Of a stretch of 20,000 nt of DNA, positions 17,040 to 20,000 are shown one piece after another. The position numbers and the translations under genes were made by a program. Position 1 is the first letter of the stretch, and each line of letters begins with the position of its first letter. Below the pieces are notes generated by a model, which did no database searches, was not told the DNA's origin, and saw nothing but the letters and a program-made list of their open reading frames with translations. This stretch comes from an uncultured virus (IMG/VR IMGVR_UViG_3300045995_000471) (taxonomy: Duplodnaviria; Heunggongvirae; Uroviricota; Caudoviricetes). The stretch lies in the IMG/VR virus record IMGVR_UViG_3300045995_000471. One strand, 5' to 3'.

Positions 17040-19133
17040 TCATTTGGTATTTGGTTCTACACACGGTAATGATACACAAAAGTCCGTGTGTCCAGGTATA
17101 CTCTCATACGAGATTTGTCCCTGGTAAGACAAAACTATTGTCTTTACGATTGACAATCCAAGTCCTTGATTAAAATCAGAATCTGGTTTCTTGGTTGAAT
17201 AATATGGTCTAAAAATATCCTCACCAACGCGCTCGGGAATACCTGTTCCATTATCTATAACATGGATTTCTACCAGGCCCATAACTTTTTTTACTTGGAC
17301 CACAATCTTAGGATTATCATGCTTAATGGCTTCGCGTGCATTTTTACATAAGTTAATGAGTATCTGATTGAAATCAGAAGAATTCATCTCTACTGCACAC
17401 AGGTCTTCTAGGCCTTCTACAATAAATTGATCATCTAGAAGGCCTTTAAACTTGTCTGTGAAGCGCAAAGTCTTCATGGCAATCCTTAATTCAGGAACAA
17501 CGTTAATTAAATGTATACTTTTTGAGGTACCCGCCTTAGCATATGCAGACAAAGATTCCAAAATTTTAGTTGCATATTTAAGTTTATCCTTTGCATCCCC
17601 TAGAAATTCCTCAACTTCTGCCTCATCAGCCTCCTCAACAAGACAAGAATCTTTTCCAAATATACCACGTACACTTTCGTGTATAAATTCTATTATATTC
17701 GTGAGGGCCTGTAAGGGAGTACGTAATTCGTGAGCAACCCCCGCATTAAGAGCACGAGCCTGATCAAGCAGATCTGCCGACTTAATCACTTCTGCTTCCC
17801 TAAATTTTGATTCACTTTCTTCCAAGGCCTCTTCTGCCTCCCTTCTCTTAACAATTTCCCATGCCACGTCCGCAAGATAAGATACAATCTCGACATCTTT
17901 GTCAGTATAGTCTATAGGCTTATTCCCGATACCAAGAATAGACACTACCTTATTAGCCCTCATAATTGGCACAACAAGTTCTCTGACTAAAGGGGCGTGT
18001 CCCTCAGGCAATCCTTTGCGGTGAGAGAGTGTAGCGTAATCATTGTGGATCACGGGGCGTCTTTCCCTTACGGCGTCCACCCACACTCCTCCCTGATCGA
18101 CAAGGTAGTGCTGTCCTTTTCCTTCGGCCTTGCAAAATTCCTTAACCGTCCGAGTTGACCAAGCCTGTAGAGAAATGGTTTTTTCATCCTCACTGATAAA
18201 GTGGTAGAATCCAATGGGACTGTTGGTTAAATTGCCAACTTCATCCAAGGTGTACTGAATTAGATCTTCAAGAGAGTTAGTAACAGAATATTCCAATAAG
18301 TTTATACGTGTATGAAAAAGTTTTTCCGATAATTTACGCTCTGTAATGTCACGGATGTTGCATTGAATGAAGGTTTTGCCATTAACCGGATAAGAGTTGC
18401 TGACAAACTCCACGGCGATGCTCCGCCCGTCGCTGGTTTCAAGAGGCAAGTCTTCGTAACGGACATAGGCCTCTTGCCGCAATTTTGCGAAACCCTCCTT
18501 ATTCAGGGCAGTGTCCTTGAATGGGCTGACCTCCCAGAGATACTTTTCTAGGAAATCTTCGTGGGAATAACCTAGCATATCCATTAAAAATTTATTAGCG
18601 TCTAAAATCATTCCAGTATCAAAATCTAATATAAGGATTCCGTCTTGTGCACTCTCAAACAACCTTCGGTAGCGTAGTTCGCTAGATATTAACTCTTGTT
18701 GTGCTTCTCTTCTTGCCGCATATTTTTCCTCCGCATACAGGCAGGCTTTATATAACAGTAAAGAATTTATATTTGATTTTATCAGATATTCGCTCGCACC
18801 CATAGCGAAGCAATCGTAAGATAGCCCATCCAAATCATGTCCCGCAATTACTACAACAGGCATTTCTGGAAAAAGGGATTTAAACTTAATTAAGGTGCCA
18901 ACTCCTTGAGTAATTGCCAGATCTAAGTCTAGTACAACTACATTGATTTCGGGATCTGCTAATTTGGGTAGGGCAGATTCTATTGAATCGAAGGTGAATA
19001 TTTCAGTCACATGCGCTTGGACTTTTAACATTTGAGAAAAGAGATCTAACATCTCACTATTATCATCAATAATAATTACATTTAAAGGTGTAATCCCTAT
19101 ATTACTCCTAAACGATTCAATTATACTTGCCAC
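17040..19133 (-). CDS. Hybrid sensor histidine kinase: REC-PAS-GAF-HisKA-HATPase (697 aa)
   Basis: REC: IIIDD, VVLD, LIK. PAS: RYRRLFESAQDGILILD...IRDITERK. GAF: PVIHNDY..GLPEGHAPL.RELVVPI. H-box GVAHELRTPL, N-box QILINLCKNAREA, G1 DNGTGI, F-box IFRPYYSTK, G2 GLGLSIV. No TM segment seen. Confidence 0.95.
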   Translation of the reverse strand: MASIIESFRSNIGITPLNVIIIDDNSEMLDLFSQMLKVQAHVTEIFTFDSIESALPKLADPEINVVVLDLDLAITQGVGTLIKFKSLFPEMPVVVIAGHDLDGLSYDCFAMGASEYLIKSNINSLLLYKACLYAEEKYAARREAQQELISSELRYRRLFESAQDGILILDFDTGMILDANKFLMDMLGYSHEDFLEKYLWEVSPFKDTALNKEGFAKLRQEAYVRYEDLPLETSDGRSIAVEFVSNSYPVNGKTFIQCNIRDITERKLSEKLFHTRINLLEYSVTNSLEDLIQYTLDEVGNLTNSPIGFYHFISEDEKTISLQAWSTRTVKEFCKAEGKGQHYLVDQGGVWVDAVRERRPVIHNDYATLSHRKGLPEGHAPLVRELVVPIMRANKVVSILGIGNKPIDYTDKDVEIVSYLADVAWEIVKRREAEEALEESESKFREAEVIKSADLLDQARALNAGVAHELRTPLQALTNIIEFIHESVRGIFGKDSCLVEEADEAEVEEFLGDAKDKLKYATKILESLSAYAKAGTSKSIHLINVVPELRIAMKTLRFTDKFKGLLDDQFIVEGLEDLCAVEMNSSDFNQILINLCKNAREAIKHDNPKIVVQVKKVMGLVEIHVIDNGTGIPERVGEDIFRPYYSTKKPDSDFNQGLGLSIVKTIVLSYQGQISYESIPGHTDFCVSLPCVEPNTK

Positions 19134-19537
19134 TCGGACATCCCTTCTATGAGACTAAGGATTCCTGGTTGATCTACATCATCAAAAATATTTATAGGCT
19201 TAATTACTACCTGTGTGAATATTCCCATAGCACTATCCGATGTTACAAATTCTATTGCTTTCAGGTGTAAATCAACTGCGCTAGCGAGCCCAGTTACGAA
19301 CATGATAGGTATCTTACTTTTTAGTTCATTACGAATGAAGAGGTATACATCTAATCCGTTGGGGGTGGGGCCGTTAAGTCGTAAATCCAATACGGCTAAA
19401 TCTATTTTGTTTTGTTGTAATTTATACAAAGCTTCTTCCACATTGCAGGCTTTAAATACATTGTATGTTTTTCGGAAAAACCGCTCCCATATCTTTAAAA
19501 CAACCAGATCATTTTCTACAAATAATAAATTTTTCAT
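19121..19537 (-). CDS. Single-domain response regulator receiver (CheY-like, 138 aa)
   Basis: LLFVEND, phosphoacceptor DLAVLD, GLDV, PIMFVTG and VIKP motifs. No output domain. ATGA overlap with the upstream gene. Confidence 0.9.
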   Translation of the reverse strand: MKNLLFVENDLVVLKIWERFFRKTYNVFKACNVEEALYKLQQNKIDLAVLDLRLNGPTPNGLDVYLFIRNELKSKIPIMFVTGLASAVDLHLKAIEFVTSDSAMGIFTQVVIKPINIFDDVDQPGILSLIEGMSEWQV

Positions 19538-20000
19538 TTCTTATGCCACTCCTTTGTATGCTGAAAAAGCCAATCTAACATTTCCTTTTTAAATGCAACA
19601 AATTCAGCCTGTGTTGCAATATGAGTTAATTTCTCAGTATTAATTTTTATCTGTTCACGCAAACCAGCACGCTCTTTATCTAGCTCCCGTAGCATTTTTT
19701 GTATTTCGGTCATACTGGGTTGATCTTTGTCATTCGTTTCCAACACGGCTATTCTTTGAGAATTAACAAAAACCTGGTTATTCAACCGTTCCATGTACAT
19801 AAAATTTATAGGAACTATTACTGTCATCATAAAAATTACCGCGCCGACTGCCCATTTAAAAGAACTCCACCGTTTTTCGTCTTTTACTTGCTGCGTTTTT
19901 TCAAATGCTTCTACCTTGGTAGTTAGGTTGATACTAGTTTTATCAGATGTCTGTGCAGCTAGAGATATGAGATTCTCTAATTCATCTCGTAGTTCTTCAA
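19534..20000 (-). CDS. 5'-truncated coiled-coil protein with one transmembrane helix
   Basis: The frame of the 98-aa track ORF stays open to the window end (..EELRDELENLISL..KDEKRWSSFKWAVGAVIFMMTVIVPINFMYMERL..). The hydrophobic stretch is at ~19795-19855. Confidence 0.8.
   Translation of the reverse strand, partial: EELRDELENLISLAAQTSDKTSINLTTKVEAFEKTQQVKDEKRWSSFKWAVGAVIFMMTVIVPINFMYMERLNNQVFVNSQRIAVLETNDKDQPSMTEIQKMLRELDKERAGLREQIKINTEKLTHIATQAEFVAFKKEMLDWLFQHTKEWHKK

Noticed and set aside
53..19926. All + strand ORFs in the track, and the short - strand ORFs 2818-3015, 14494-14676 and 16204-16389
   Set aside because: They are antisense or out-of-frame shadows of longer, motif-bearing - strand genes. 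Many are Ser/Leu/Phe-rich with no recognisable motifs.
1..20000. Stop-codon reassignment, CRISPR arrays, tRNA/rRNA genes
   Set aside because: The apparent gene-free 1-9200 region is explained by one run-off ORF in the standard code, and genes end in TAA or TGA. No repeat-spacer arrays or RNA genes were seen, and intergenic space is minimal.

Overview
This window is a tail-morphogenesis region of a large, probably siphovirus-like phage, with every credible gene on the - strand. In transcription order (right to left) it holds: a 5'-truncated single-TM coiled-coil protein; a stand-alone CheY-like receiver; a hybrid REC-PAS-GAF histidine kinase; a hypothetical protein; three probable neck/head-tail joining genes; a 561-aa major tail tube protein with an internal duplication; a small ORF; two paralogous tail-assembly-chaperone-like genes split by a free-standing LAGLIDADG endonuclease; and a giant ORF (GTG at 9193, >3064 aa) that runs off the left edge and is missing from the ORF track. 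The giant ORF sits in the tape-measure-protein position. It carries, in frame and in the cellular order, the core motifs of both beta and beta' of two-barrel RNA polymerases (ED, K-x7-KG, SRM, NRQPT, DFDGD, and a trigger-loop-like KHG). It is most likely a single-chain virion RNA polymerase fused to, or occupying the locus of, the tape measure protein. All calls come from manual translation, motifs and synteny; no searches were run.
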